Made by a program: the position numbers and the translations under genes. A stretch of DNA of 64,000 nucleotides from Eledone cirrhosa (taxonomy: Eukaryota). The stretch is taken from the NCBI GenBank assembly GCA_964016885.1, contig OZ024742.1, positions 348,068,001 to 348,132,000 on the forward strand, given 5' to 3'. This document shows positions 36,326 through 49,185 of this stretch, piece after piece. The notes under the pieces were generated by a model, which made no database searches, was not told where the DNA came from, and saw only the letters and a list, made by a program, of their open reading frames with translations. The stretch's first letter is position 1. Every line of letters starts with the position of its first letter.

Positions 36326-36527
36326 GTGAGATCTGTTTTGTTTGTTTGTTTTATTTCATTTATACTTCATTGACAGGAAATAGTCTGAATCAGAGTGTTG
36401 GATGGAATGCTCGTAGAACTCCTTTTGGTTCTCTGTGCTCTGAGTTCAAATCCCGCTGAGGTCAACTTTGCCTTTCATCCTTTTGAGGTTGCAAACACTA
36501 GTCAAGCACTAGGGTAAATTTCTCCCA

Positions 36528-36558
<31 letters not shown>

Positions 36559-37313
36559 GAATCAGTTACTCTCAAGTCTCAAAATAATAGGGGTGGGTGG
36601 AATAAGGGGCGAAGGCGTGGTGGTGGTGGAAAATCAGTAATTTTTCTAAGTTGTCTTTGTTGATTTAAAAAAAAAACAGAATTAGTAGTTTAGTTTACAT
36701 ATTGAGACCTACAACCCATCCTATTTATTTTATAATGTATTCTAGTAATATACTTTTTTTGTCATGTATAATGTTTTTTAATGTCTAAAGAAAATTAATT
36801 GTCACAGGTATGCTACCACTTTCGATGGAGATAGACTAGCAAAATTTAATAAGACTAGCTGAATTTAATATGTTGGGGGGGGGACTATTATTCAAGACCT
36901 GAGGTCATGTGAAGAGGCAAAGAATGGAGCTTTCACATTACATCTCCAATGATCCTTTCACCACACACTGTGTATATAAAAAGATTTTTGCTAAGCACTT
37001 TAGTTACCATATTTTTAATGCATGTGATTTGCAGATATTTTGAAAAATATTCAAAAATTTAGATGGATTTAGTATGCTAAGTAACTTTCTCATTATTAAG
37101 CTGGAATTTAGAAGATGGCGGATTGGCAGTATCGGTAGAGCATCGGATAACATGCTTTGCGGCATAGTTACGTCCCTTTAGATTCTGATTTTAAATCTTG
37201 ATTCATGTTAAATATTTTCTTTCATTTTTTTTTTTTAATTTGAGCATGTATGTACCTAGTATTCCTTTCTTTCCATGTTTGTTTCTTTATTCTTCATATA
37301 TTTTTCATTTTAG

Positions 37314-37424
37314 ATCCTTCAATAAAAGTAACATTTTCCAGGATCAAAACAAACCAATTTTAGTTCCAACAGTTGTAGTCTTCAGTAAAGAAGGCAAGGT
37401 ACTACACCAATGGGGTAACAATAT
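37314..37424 (+). CDS. PAM: PAM exon (PAL domain)
   Basis: ttttag|A TCC...AT|gtaagt; SFNKSNIFQDQNKPILVPTVVVFSKEGKVLHQWGNN. Confidence 0.92.
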
Positions 37425-37621
37425 GTAAGTTAGAACTTTCTATATTTTACTTCTTTTCTCTGGGTAGTTCTTGTTGTTGTTTGCTTTCAGAAAATGAATT
37501 TAACTCTTAACGTCCTGTACCAGAAGAAACTACATTTGCAAGACATAAAAGTATAAAACAACAATGTATCATGGACTGGCAACTCAAGTAGGCTGTGGGC
37601 AATTTTACCACCATGCATTTT

Positions 37622-39650
37622 ATAATAATAATAATAATGAAATTATTGTGTACAGTGCTCAGGTGCACTACAACTCATCAAAGGTGCATGTATAGTACAT
37701 AGAATAATGTACAAATGTTAGGAAAATGAACAGTGTATGAGTCATGATATAATAATAACAATAATGAAATATTGTGTACAGTGCCCAGGTGCACCACAAC
37801 TCATCAAAAAAGTGCATGTACAGTACATAGGGCAATGCACAAACATCAGTAAAATGAACAGTGCACGAGTCATGATACACACGTGTGCATGTATATGGAA
37901 GGAGTACATTAGGTGTAGTTTTGGCGTATTTCGGGAAGCATGAGTGTCTTAAAGGATGCAGTGTCTCGGCAGCTAACAACTGACGCAGGCAGTTTGTTCC
38001 ATGCTTCAGCAACTCTGAGCGTGAAAAAATGTCTACGAAAGTCATGGGAGCTGTGCTGTTTTCTGATCTTGTAGGCATGTCCACGTGTGTTAGACACATG
38101 GAGATCAAAGAGGCGCTCAGGGTTGCAATTGGTGAGATGGTTAAAAACTTTGTGGGTATTCACCAAGTCCATTGCCAGACGTCGGAGCTTCAATGAATCC
38201 ATGCCCAGGGAAGCAAGGCGTTCAGAGTATGGTAGGTGTCTGATGGAGGGTATGCGCTTGGTTGCACGTCTCTGAACAGTTTCCAGGAGGTTGATGTTCT
38301 GAGCAAGATAGGGGTTCCAGACTGATGATGCGAATTCCAAGTATGGTCGTACCATAGCTGTATACAGTTTTAAATAGATGGCTGGAGAGCAGCTAACAAA
38401 GGTCTTGCTGAGTGATGCCAAGACACCCTCGGCCTTCTTGACAATCTTAGAGACATGCTTTGTCCAACGCAAATTGTTGCTGACAGTAATGCCCAGGTCG
38501 CGTTCACAAGAGGACTTTTTGATATCAGTGTTGTGGAGGGAGTATGTGGACGCTGGATTTTTCCTTCCAAAATGCATGGTGGTACACTTGTCCACAGCCA
38601 GCTTCAGTTGCCAGTCTGTGATCCATTGCTGCATTGTGTCCAGGTCTGATTGTAGGAAAGAGTTGTAAATTTCAGGATCAGTCCTTTTGATTTCAAGGTA
38701 CAGCTTGATGTCATCTGCATATTTCAGTACCGTGGCATTCTGTAAGTTGGCATCTATGTCATTAATATATGCCACAAACAAAAGGGGACCAAGAACAGAG
38801 CCCTGTGGTACACCAGATGACATCTCATATGGTGAAGAATGCTGTCCTAGAACCGTGACTACTTCTTTTCGGCTGAGAATGAAGGATTTCAACCAGTCGA
38901 AAAGATCATCCCTCACACCCATTGCAGAGAGTTTTGCCATAAGTCTTTTGTGTGACACAGAATTAAAAACCTTAGCAAAGTCAAGGTAAACAACATCCAC
39001 CCATGAGCCGCTGTCAGTGATCCGGGTGATGTCCTCAAGGAACTCGATAAGCTGATCACAGCAGCTGGAGTTAGGGATAAATCCAAACTGTGAGGGCCAG
39101 ATGAGGCTGTGAGAGCTCCAGAAGTTCCAAAGTGTTTCTCTGACACAGGATTCCATCAGTTTGGCCATACAGCTAGTAAGACTGACTGGACGATAGTTGA
39201 CAGGTGACATGCGGTTGCCCTTTTTGAACAGGGGAATGACACTGGCAGTTTTCCACTGCTCCGGAGTAGCACCATTGTTGAGACAGTATTGAAAGAAGAA
39301 AGAAAGCTGGCGCAAAAGGAAATACCCGCCACGTTTGAGAAGCAGGTATGTCACACCATCAAGACCAGGGGAGGCATAGTTGCGCTTATTCTTAAGGTGA
39401 CGTCGCAACATTGCAGGTGTAAATTCCATAGTTGTTATGGAATTTGATGTTAGAGATGGTGGAGATGGTACATTCTGGTTTTCAACAGTAAAAATACTTG
39501 CATAGCACTCAGCAATAAGTTCTGCGCATTCCTTGGGATCGTCAGTGATCTGGCTTGTGTGGGGATTGCAAAGAGGACCAACTGGAGAGTGAGGTCTCTG
39601 CTTTGAATGAATATATTTCCAGAACACCTTACTGTCAGGATTGGTTGGAG
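37622..39650 (-). mobile_element. CR1-clade LINE, 5' truncated, with uninterrupted RT ORF
   Basis: NYRPVSLTS, VVYLDFAK, GVPQGSVLGPLLF, YADD, ERDLG, RPYLEFASSVWNP; (ATT)n tail; an extra tandem 3' end at 37622-37745. Confidence 0.95.
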
Positions 39651-39651
39651 G

Positions 39652-40443
39652 ATTTTGGGAGGAAAAACCCAGTATCCACATACTCCCTCCACAACACTAA
39701 TATCAAGAAGTCTTCTTGTGAACGTGACCTGGGCATTACTGTCAGCAGTGATTTGCATTGCACAAAGCACGTCTCTAAAATTGTCAAGAAGGCTGAGGGT
39801 GTTCTGGCATCACTCAGCAAGATCTTTGTCAGCTGCTCTCTAGCTATCTATTTAAAGCTGTATATAACTATGGTATGGCCACACTTAGAATTTGCATCAC
39901 CAGTCTGGAACCCCTATCTTGCTCAGAACATTGACCTCCTGGAAACTGTTCAGAGACGTGCAACCAAGCAAATACCCTCCATCAGGCATCTACCATACTC
40001 TGAACACCTTGCTTCCCTGGACATGGATACATTGAAGCTCCAACATCTGGTAACTGACTTGGTAAACACCCACAAAATTATCAACCATCTTGCCAACAAC
40101 AACCCTGGGCACCTTTTTGAGTTCCAATGGGCATGCCTACAAAGTCAGAAAACAGCATAGCTCCCATGACTTTCAGAAACATTTTTCATGCTCAGAGTTG
40201 CTGAAGCATGGAACAAACTATCCGCGTCAGTTGTTAGCAGCCGAGACACTGCATCCTTTAAAACTTCCATGCTTCCTGAAATTTGCCAACACACCTGCTA
40301 TTCCTCCTCCATACACACACACACATGTATATCCTGACTCATACACTGTTCACTTTCCTGACATTTGTACATTATTCTATGTACTATACATGCACCTTTA
40401 ATGAGTTGTAGTGTAACTGAGCACTGTACACAGTAATTTCATT
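39652..40443 (+). mobile_element. CR1 LINE 3' fragment, head-to-head with the - copy
   Basis: FGRKNP...ERDLG...VWNPYL; diverged inverse of 37750-38570. Confidence 0.9.
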
Positions 40444-41389
40444 TCGCAGAATCAGTAGAGGGTCGGACACCATGCTTTGCAGCTTAGAGTTACATCCCTT
40501 TATTATTTGAGTTCAACCCCCCCCCCCCCGTTAACTTTGCCTTTCATCCTTACGGGGTTGATAAAATAATGCACCAATAATACACTGGGATAATTGCTGG
40601 CCTTGTGCCAAAAGTAGAAACAATTATTATTATTATTAACACTATGACTGCATCATATTAACTCTTAACGTCCTGTACCCCATGAAACCACATTAGCAAG
40701 ACATTAAAAATGAAAGTCTTTAATTTAATGGCAATTTCACAATGATTTGTCCACTAGTTATGATACTACAAACATTTAAATTAATAAGCCCGTTTATAGA
40801 TATTTTGGCTAAATTATTACATGTTAAACAGTGATATTTTAGAGCTGTATAATAGTTATTGCCTCCAGTTGCTATACAAATAATTATTTTCAGAAAACAA
40901 CAGCAATCATGTTTTAGGCCATTTACTTTGCTAAAGAAGGGGTTAGCCTTGCTGACCCTATGTCAAGCTTCTCCATTTTGTCCTATTATCTGCACCCCTT
41001 CTCACCAAACCCTGGCTTTCATTTCCTCTTCCATCATCTTTAACCATGTTTTTTTTATCTTCCCCTTCTACTTCTTTCTACATGAATTTCCTTTCCACAT
41101 ACCACCAAGTCACTTTCACCCTTCCTCAACACATGACCTAGCCATCACATTCATCACTGGCACTATTCCTCACATCCAGTCATTTTCATCTTTCCTCAAC
41201 ACATAACCCAGCCATCACATTCCATTTCATTTCATAACATTCATCACTGGCTCTCTTCCTATCATCATTTACAATTCGTTGTTTGTCAGACCTGGAGAGG
41301 AGATGGGCTCCGTCAGATTTTAAAAAATGCCCAAGAAACGCTGTATATCACTACAGAGCCGCTACGGCCCTATCAGGAATTATGGGTAC

Positions 41390-43260
41390 ATAAGTTATAT
41401 AGATAGTTATTACCTGCATAGGTTATATAGATAGTTATTACCTCCATAGGTTATATAGATAGTTATTACCTCCATAGGTTATATAGATAGTTATTACCTC
41501 CATAGGTTATATAGATAGTTATTACCTCCATAGGTTATATAGATAGTTATTACCTCCATAGGTTATATAGATAGTTATTACCTCCATAGGTTATATAGAT
41601 AGTTATTACCTCCATAGGTTATATAGATAGTTATTACCTCCATAGGTTATATAGATAGTTATTACCTCCATAAGCTGTAATGATAGTTATTACCTCCATA
41701 GGTTATATAGATAGTTATTACCTCCATAGGTTATATAGATAGTTATTACCTCCATAGGTTATATAGATAGTTATTACCTCCATAAGCTGTAATGATAGTT
41801 ATTACCTCCATAGGTTATATAGATAGTTATTATCTCTTTAGGTTATATAGATAGTTATTACCTCCATAAGTTATATAGATAGTTATTACCTCCATAGGTT
41901 ATATAGATAGTTATTATCTCTTTAGGTTATATAGATAGTTATTACCTCCATAAGTTATATAGATAGTTATTACCTCCATAGGTTATATAGATAGTTATTA
42001 CCTCCATAGGTTATATAAATAGTTATTACCTCCATAAGCTGTAATGATAGTTATTACCTCCATAGGTTATATAGATAGTTATTACCTCCATAGGTTATAT
42101 AGATAGTTATTACCTCCATAGGTTATATAGATAGTTATTACCTCCATAGGTTATATAAATAGTTATTACCTCCATAAGCTGTAATGATAGTTATTACCTC
42201 CATAGGTTATATAGATAGTTATTACCTCCATAGGTTATATAGATAGTTATTACCTCCATAGGTTATATAGATAGTTATTACCTCCATAGGTTATATAGAT
42301 AGTTATTACCTCCATAGGTTATATAAATAGTTATTACCTCCATAAGCTGTAATGATAGTTATTACCTCCATAGGTTATATAGATAGTTATTACCTCCATA
42401 GGTTATATAGATAGTTATTACCTCCATAGGTTATATAGATAGTTATTACCTCCATAAGCTGTAATGATAGTTATTACCTCCATAGGTTATATAGATAGTT
42501 ATTATCTCTTTAGGTTATATAGATAGTTATTACCTCCATAAGTTATATAGATAGTTATTACCTCCATAGGTTATATAGATAGTTATTACCTCCATAGGTT
42601 ATATAGATAGTTATTACCTCCATAAGCTGTAATGATAGTTATTACCTCCATAGGTTATATAGATAGTTATTATCTCTTTAGGTTATATAGATAGTTATTA
42701 CCTCCATAAGTTATATAGATAGTTATTACCTCCATAGGTTATATAGATAGTTATTACCTCCATAGGTTATATAGATAGTTATTACCTCCATAAGCTGTAA
42801 TGATAGTTATTACCTCCATAGGTTATATAGATAGTTATTATCTCTTTAGGTTATATAGATAGTTATTACCTCCATAAGTTATATAGATAGTTATTACCTC
42901 CATAGGTTATATAGATAGTTATTACCTCCATAGGTTATATAGATAGTTATTATCTCTTTAGGTTATATAGATAGTTATTACCTCCATAGGTTATATAGAT
43001 AGTTATTACCTCCATAGGTTATATAGATAGTTATTATCTCTTTAGGTTATATAGATAGTTATTACCTCCATAAGTTATATAGATAGTTATTACCTCCATA
43101 GGTTATATAGATAGTTATTACCTCCATAGGTTATATAGATAGTTATTATCTCTTTAGGTTATATAGATAGTTATTACCTCCATAAGTTATATAGATAGTT
43201 ATTAGCTCCATAGGTTATATAGATAGTTATTACCTCCATAAGCTGTAATGATAGTTATTA
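41390..43260. repeat. 28-bp minisatellite, ~66 copies
   Basis: unit ATAGGTTATATAGATAGTTATTACCTCC with recurrent variants. Confidence 0.97.
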
Positions 43261-43318
43261 TCTTGTTTTCTTTCATTTCCTTTTTTCATAGTTGCATTTT
43301 TTATTTCTTTTTTTGCAG

Positions 43319-43391
43319 GTTTTTTATGCCCCATGGAATAACAGTTGATAAAAATGGTTCCGTTTGGTTGACTGATGTCGCTTTACATCAG
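43319..43391 (+). CDS. PAM: PAM exon (PAL domain, Zn-ligand His)
   Basis: ttttgcag|G TTT...CAG|gtaaag; MFFMPHGITVDKNGSVWLTDVALHQ. Confidence 0.96.
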
Positions 43392-43635
43392 GTAAAGATT
43401 GAACTTGCTATAGTTTCATGATTAACCACGATAATATATCCTATGTGTTTCTATATTTATATGCATCTTTATAATCCTTTAACATTTATACACACACATA
43501 GACACTCATACATTCAAACACAATCAATGGATTTTTAAGTTCAGTCATGTTGCTACAATAAGAAGTTCACTTTTTAATTACAAGGTCCTGTGTTTGAGTC
43601 TCAACTTACTAGCTCAAGTCTCAATATATCATCTG

Positions 43636-43822
43636 AAGTTTAAACCTATTAACTAAGAGTTGAACTTCTTAGTTAAGGTTTAACCTATTAACTAAGAGTT
43701 GAATCACTTAACTAAGGTTTAACCTATTAAGATCTGAACTTCTTAGCTAAGGTTTAACCTATTAACTAAGAGTTGAACCACTTAGCTAAGGTTTAATCTA
43801 TTAACTAAGAGTTGAACTTCTT
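43636..43822. repeat. ~39-bp tandem repeat, ~5 copies
   Basis: AACCTATTAACTAAGAGTTGAACTTCTTAGTTAAGGTTT. Confidence 0.85.
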
Positions 43823-44804
43823 CTTCAGTAATGTTTACACACTCGGTGCTGACATAAAATAAGTTGATAGTTTATATAGATTTTTTTCAAATAATACAAA
43901 TATAGAGATGTTCATTTGCATATAGTGCTTGATGGGGTAGTATTAGTTAGCAGTAGCACTAACACAGAGTGGTTCAGAATAGAGATGTATATGAAAGCAT
44001 ATACAGTATGTATAATAAACATACATAAATCTCACTGTAGGTATTTATTAAGTTTGAAATATTGAATTGTATAAGTGTAACTTAGAGAAGAACAGGCTTT
44101 GTTAAATTGTATTAACTAGTTGAAGCCTTATTAGTATGTTTAAATTATAATTTTAGAAAAGTAATCTTGTTCTTAGAGTGTCACTTACATGTACGTATAT
44201 ACTCTCAGGTCTCGGATAATCGTTTATTCTCCTCTTGCTTATTAATTTTTCAGGGTTGGGGTCTCAATATGTAAACTAAACAACTAATTATGGTTTTTCA
44301 AAAGCATCAATGGAGACAACCTAGAAAAATTACCCCCACCCCAACCTTGCTTATTCCAACCCCTCCTTTTTATTGGGACCTGAGAGTATGGTCTTGTAAC
44401 TCATAGAGGAGTCATAGGGGTGCTGTAGTGACATAGTGTTTCTTGGGCATTTAAAACCTGGCAGAGATCATTGACTTTCCAGGTCTGAAAACACTTATTT
44501 CTTCTGGAGAAAGAGAAAGTGTTAATGAGAGAGGGAATGTGATAAAGAGATATAGAGAAAGAATGAAGCTCAGTACTGAACTGGTACTTTTTTTTATTGA
44601 CCTTGAGAGGGTGAAAGACAAAGTTATCCTCAGTGGGATTTGAGCTCAGAGCACATAGAGCCAGAAAGAATATCACAAAGCATTCTATCTGACATTCTAC
44701 CGATTCTGCCAATTTACTTCCTCATATACTCATACTCTAGTTTAAGTGGAACAATCTGGTGACATTATAAATAGTGGATGTGTATGAGGATGTTTCAGGC
44801 TGTG

Positions 44805-45695
44805 GGGAGGTGTGTGGCCTAGTGGTAAGGGTGTTGGACTTACAATCATAATGTGGGTTTGATTCCTGGACTGGGTTGTGTGTTGTGTTCTTGAGCAAAA
44901 CATTTCAAAACAGCACAGCTCTCATGAATTTCAGAAACATTTTTTCACGCTCAGAGCTGCTGAAGCATGGAACAAACTACCTGCATCAGTTGTTAGCTGT
45001 CGAGACACTGCATCCTTTAAACCTTCCATGGAATAAACTACCTGCATCAGTTGTTAGCTGTCGAGACACTGCATCCTTTAAACCTTCCATGGAACAAACT
45101 ACCTGCATCAGTTGTTAGCTGTCGAGACACTGCATCCTTTAAACCTTCCATGGAACAAACTACCTGCATCAGTTGTTAGCTGTCGAGACACTGCATCCTT
45201 TAAAATCTCCATGGAACAAACTACCTGCATCAGTTGTTAGCTGTCGAGACACTGCATCCTTTAAACCTTCCATGGAACAAACTACCTGCATCAGTTGTTA
45301 GCTGTCGAGACACAGCATCCTTTAAAACCTCCATGCTTCCTGAGATTTGCCAACACTATACCTGATATCCCCCCTCCATACACATGCACACATGTATTTC
45401 ATGACTCATACACTGTTCATTTTCCTGACATTTGTATATTATTCTATGTACTATACATGCACCTTTGATGAGTTGTAGTGCACCTGAGCACTGTACACAA
45501 TAATTTCATTATTATTATTTCACAATGCTCCAGTATACCCAGCTGAAAATGAGTAACAGCAATAGCTGGGGGTTAAACTCTACGATGGTGCTCTGTCCAG
45601 GGAGAAGTCATGTACTCTCAGTCACTTCACACCACAGAAACTGGGATAAGCATTGGCCTGGTGAACCTCCTGGCCCGAGACAGACTTTAGATTTA
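44805..45695 (+). mobile_element. CORE-like SINE interrupted by a CR1 3' fragment (44906-45520) carrying a 61-bp x6 tandem repeat
   Basis: SINE halves rejoin to match 4686-4978; repeat units start at 44966, 45027, 45088, 45149, 45210, 45271. Confidence 0.85.
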
Positions 45696-45777
45696 GATAA
45701 CTCAGGCACAAATAAAAATACTGTTCTAGTTTATTCATCTTTGACTGTCAGTGGAATATGTTTTCTTATACTTTGAG

Positions 45778-45917
45778 GTTTTTCGTTTCCCTGCTGGAGA
45801 GAGGAAACCTGATTTGGAATTAGGGGAACGTTTTCGGCCTGGTAATAATAAACAGCATTTCTGTCAGCCGTCAAGTGTTGCTGTCATGTCAGATGGGCAG
45901 TTCTTCGTAGGAGATGG
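45778..45917 (+). CDS. PAM: PAM exon (PAL domain)
   Basis: ctttgag|GTT...GG|gtaagt; VFRFPAGERKPDLELGERFRPGNNKQHFCQPSSVAVMSDGQFFVGDG. Confidence 0.93.
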
Positions 45918-47827
45918 GTAAGTTTTTCTCTCTCTCTTCCTTTTTGCTTGAGAGGGTTATGGGGTCAGAGTCTTTAGACATGTCTTCCAGAGGATCCTAT
46001 CAGAAGCAACCATCTTCAAATGATCTGGCTGGATCCTCGAGTGAGGCCAACCAAGCTCATGGATTTTATTCAACGACCATCTTGATCATGGTCTACATCT
46101 GCATCACCTACCAGTTGGCTTTATCCATAAAATCTGTCTAGCGATTCTTTTATTAAACCTTCTAATCACATGTTCACAGTATTGGAGTTCTGATCTCTTA
46201 ATGTTGAAAAATAGGAGCTCCACCTGGTGTGACTCCATGATCTCCGAGCTACACACCGATATTGAGTGATATTACTCAAGATATTACTCAAGACACTTCG
46301 GAGGAAACTTATTTTGGCCACTTGTATTCTCTATCACATTGTCACAAATTTATAGTTTGGGGCTTTTATGATACCAGCATGCAAAGTGTGTTGATGCATG
46401 ATAGTGAGACATGGGCAGTGAATACAGAGGATATGTGATGTTACATGGTTGTGAGATATGTATAGTTTATATATGTGTGTGTGTATTCAGTGTAAACTAG
46501 GTTCACCATGTCCCTGTGTTGTAAGATGTAACTAAAAAGTTGGTGTCAGGAAGGGCATCTTGTAAAACATTCTCAAAAACCTCTCCCTGATCAATATAAT
46601 GTCTGTCATATGGCCTATAGAGTAAACCTCAGTGTTAGTAGGGGCACTATTCTTAACCCTTTTGTTACTATATTTCTGTCATGACAAAAAGCACTTGGTA
46701 CAGACTGTAAAGTGGTTGTATTGGTGTCATGACAAAAAGCACCCTGTACACAATGTAAAGTGGTTGTGTTGGTGTCAGGACAAAAAGCACCCTATACACA
46801 CTGTAAAGTGGTTGTGTTGGTGTCACAGCAAAAAGTATCCAGTACACACTGTAAAGTGGTTGGTATTAAAAAAGGCATCCAAGCTAGTAACAATTCTGTA
46901 TGAGCAAAACATGGTCATTTAACCTGGCTTGTCTCACAACAGGGCAACTCATCTAAACCATGCTAGTGTGGAAAAATGAGTGTTAAACAGTGATAATTTT
47001 GAAAATAATGAGGAATTTTGGTGGGATTTAGTAATATAACTAACTTTCTCATCATTAAGCTAATGTTTGGAATATAACTTACATGAAATTATGACGGAAA
47101 GTTTTTAGGTAAATATAAATATTTTAAATTGTGTTTTATCATGGAACCAGGGGCTGTTTTTAGGTGGATTGATATCAAAAGAGTTAAAACACATTTTGGT
47201 TATACTCCTAGTATTATGGTGACAAGAGTTGACTCTCTAGTTGCGTCAATGGCACAACAGTCTCTCTAGTGTTGGTGACATGATAAACACATACAGAAAC
47301 TCTGTAAAGTGGTTGGTGATAGGAAAGGTACCCAGCCATTGAACACTCACCAAACAATGGGTTAAGAAGACTCTTCAAAGGTATGAAGGTCATAAACATG
47401 ACAACTTCCCTAATGTGTGCTGTTGAGTGTAGGAATGTATGTAAGCAAAATGTGGTGCCCTGGCCCATCTGAGAGCTTAGTAACTCTGATTAAATACTAA
47501 CTTGTGTGATGACCTGAGCAACCTTTGTTAGCAGGGAAAAACAGAAGTTAATGATGATGATGCCAGATATTACTAAATTAGTAAAGGTATTTGTCATAGT
47601 TATCACATGAAGTAATACACTCTGTAAACCATATTGGTTTCTGATTTAGGCACAAGGCCAACAATTTGAGGAGAGGGGGAAAGTCAATTAAATCGACTCC
47701 AGTGCATTACTGGTATTTTATTTTATCGACCCCCATAAGGATGAAAGGCAAAGTTAACCTCAGCAGGATTTGAACTCAGATCTGTAAACCATATTGAAAT
47801 TGTTTTTGTGTTTGTTTATTTTTCCAG

Positions 47828-47910
47828 TTATTGCAATTCCCGAATAATGAAATTCTCAAAAGAAGGTATATTTCTGGCAGAGTGGGGTCACAGTGATACA
47901 GCTATTAAAT
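47828..47910 (+). CDS. PAM: PAM exon (PAL domain, catalytic Tyr)
   Basis: tttccag|T TAT...T|gtgagt; GYCNSRIMKFSKEGIFLAEWGHSDTAIK. Confidence 0.96.
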
Positions 47911-48732
47911 GTGAGTATTGTTAATGTCTTCTACTGCAGGAAACTGCATTAGCAAGACATTCTTGAAAAGTACAAAACAGCACAATGACTACTTCACATT
48001 AAACATTATAGTCTTATATACTAATACTATATATACTAAGCTACTTATTTTAAAGTATTTATATTTATCTAAAACACTTCCATCATAATTTTATATAAGA
48101 ACCTTTGTTATGTTATGTTCCAAAAGCCAGCTCAACTCTTATCATATACCACATGAAACTGTGTTAGCAAGACATTCTTGAAAAGTACAAAACTGTGACA
48201 GCAAATCTATGACAACTTCATATTAAGAATTAAAGTCTATACTCTATTACTATAAATTTTCACAATTTAATGATACTATAAGACTTAGTAAAGATACTAT
48301 AAGCATTTGAATTAGCTAACCTATTTTTAGATATTTCTGCTAAATCATTACAGGATATTATGAGTTAAATATTTAGTTATTGCTATGAGTATTAAACATA
48401 AATAGACACACACATATGCATGCATGCAACTCCCCACCACCTTCTAAAATGACTGCTTTCCCTGTTAGCATGGGTTAGATAGATCATTACAAATAAAATC
48501 AGTACATAATTTGAGCTACTGAGTTGGTTTCTGGTGGTTTAGTACGAAAAGAGTTAACTTCATTATGTTAGCTTTAGAATAGTTTACAATAAAAGTAATA
48601 GGTTTATGAAAGAGGATTTTAAATGAGATTTCTGCTTTTACTTTTATATGTAATATAGGTCACATTAATACAAAGGTTTATTTACTTACATAGATGTTTT
48701 TATTTGAATAATCTTTGTTTATATTTGTTCAG

Positions 48733-48930
48733 CTGATGGATTCCCAGCACCAAATGTGTTCTTCATTGTCCATTCTGTGACTGTTGCTGAAGATAAAGGA
48801 TTGGTTTGTGCCAGTGACAGGGGAAATGGACGGATACAATGCTTTCATTTAGATGGAACATTTTCCAGTCAAATTCATCTGCAAGAATTTGGCTATATGT
48901 TATATTCTGTTGACTATTGCTATCACCATG
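48733..48930 (+). CDS. PAM: PAM exon (PAL domain, Zn-ligand His and catalytic Arg)
   Basis: gttcag|CT GAT...G|gtaagt; SDGFPAPNVFFIVHSVTVAEDKGLVCASDRGNGRIQCFHLDGTF... Confidence 0.95.
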
Positions 48931-49185
48931 GTAAGTTTGCTTTGTAAAGTTCTATATTTGCCAGTACAGTTAAGCATTGAGGTCAAGTTGCTGGCCTTGT
49001 GCCTAAAATTATAAATCATTTTTATACCAAACTCAAAACTGTTAGAAATAATTTGACCAAATATATGGGAATGTAAATCTTAACTGCCAAGATTTATAGG
49101 AACAAGTCATGGGTGATGAATGAGGAACAGCAGAGATGACTGGAGTCTATGGACAAGGAAAGATGTATGCTGCATTATGGTAGTG

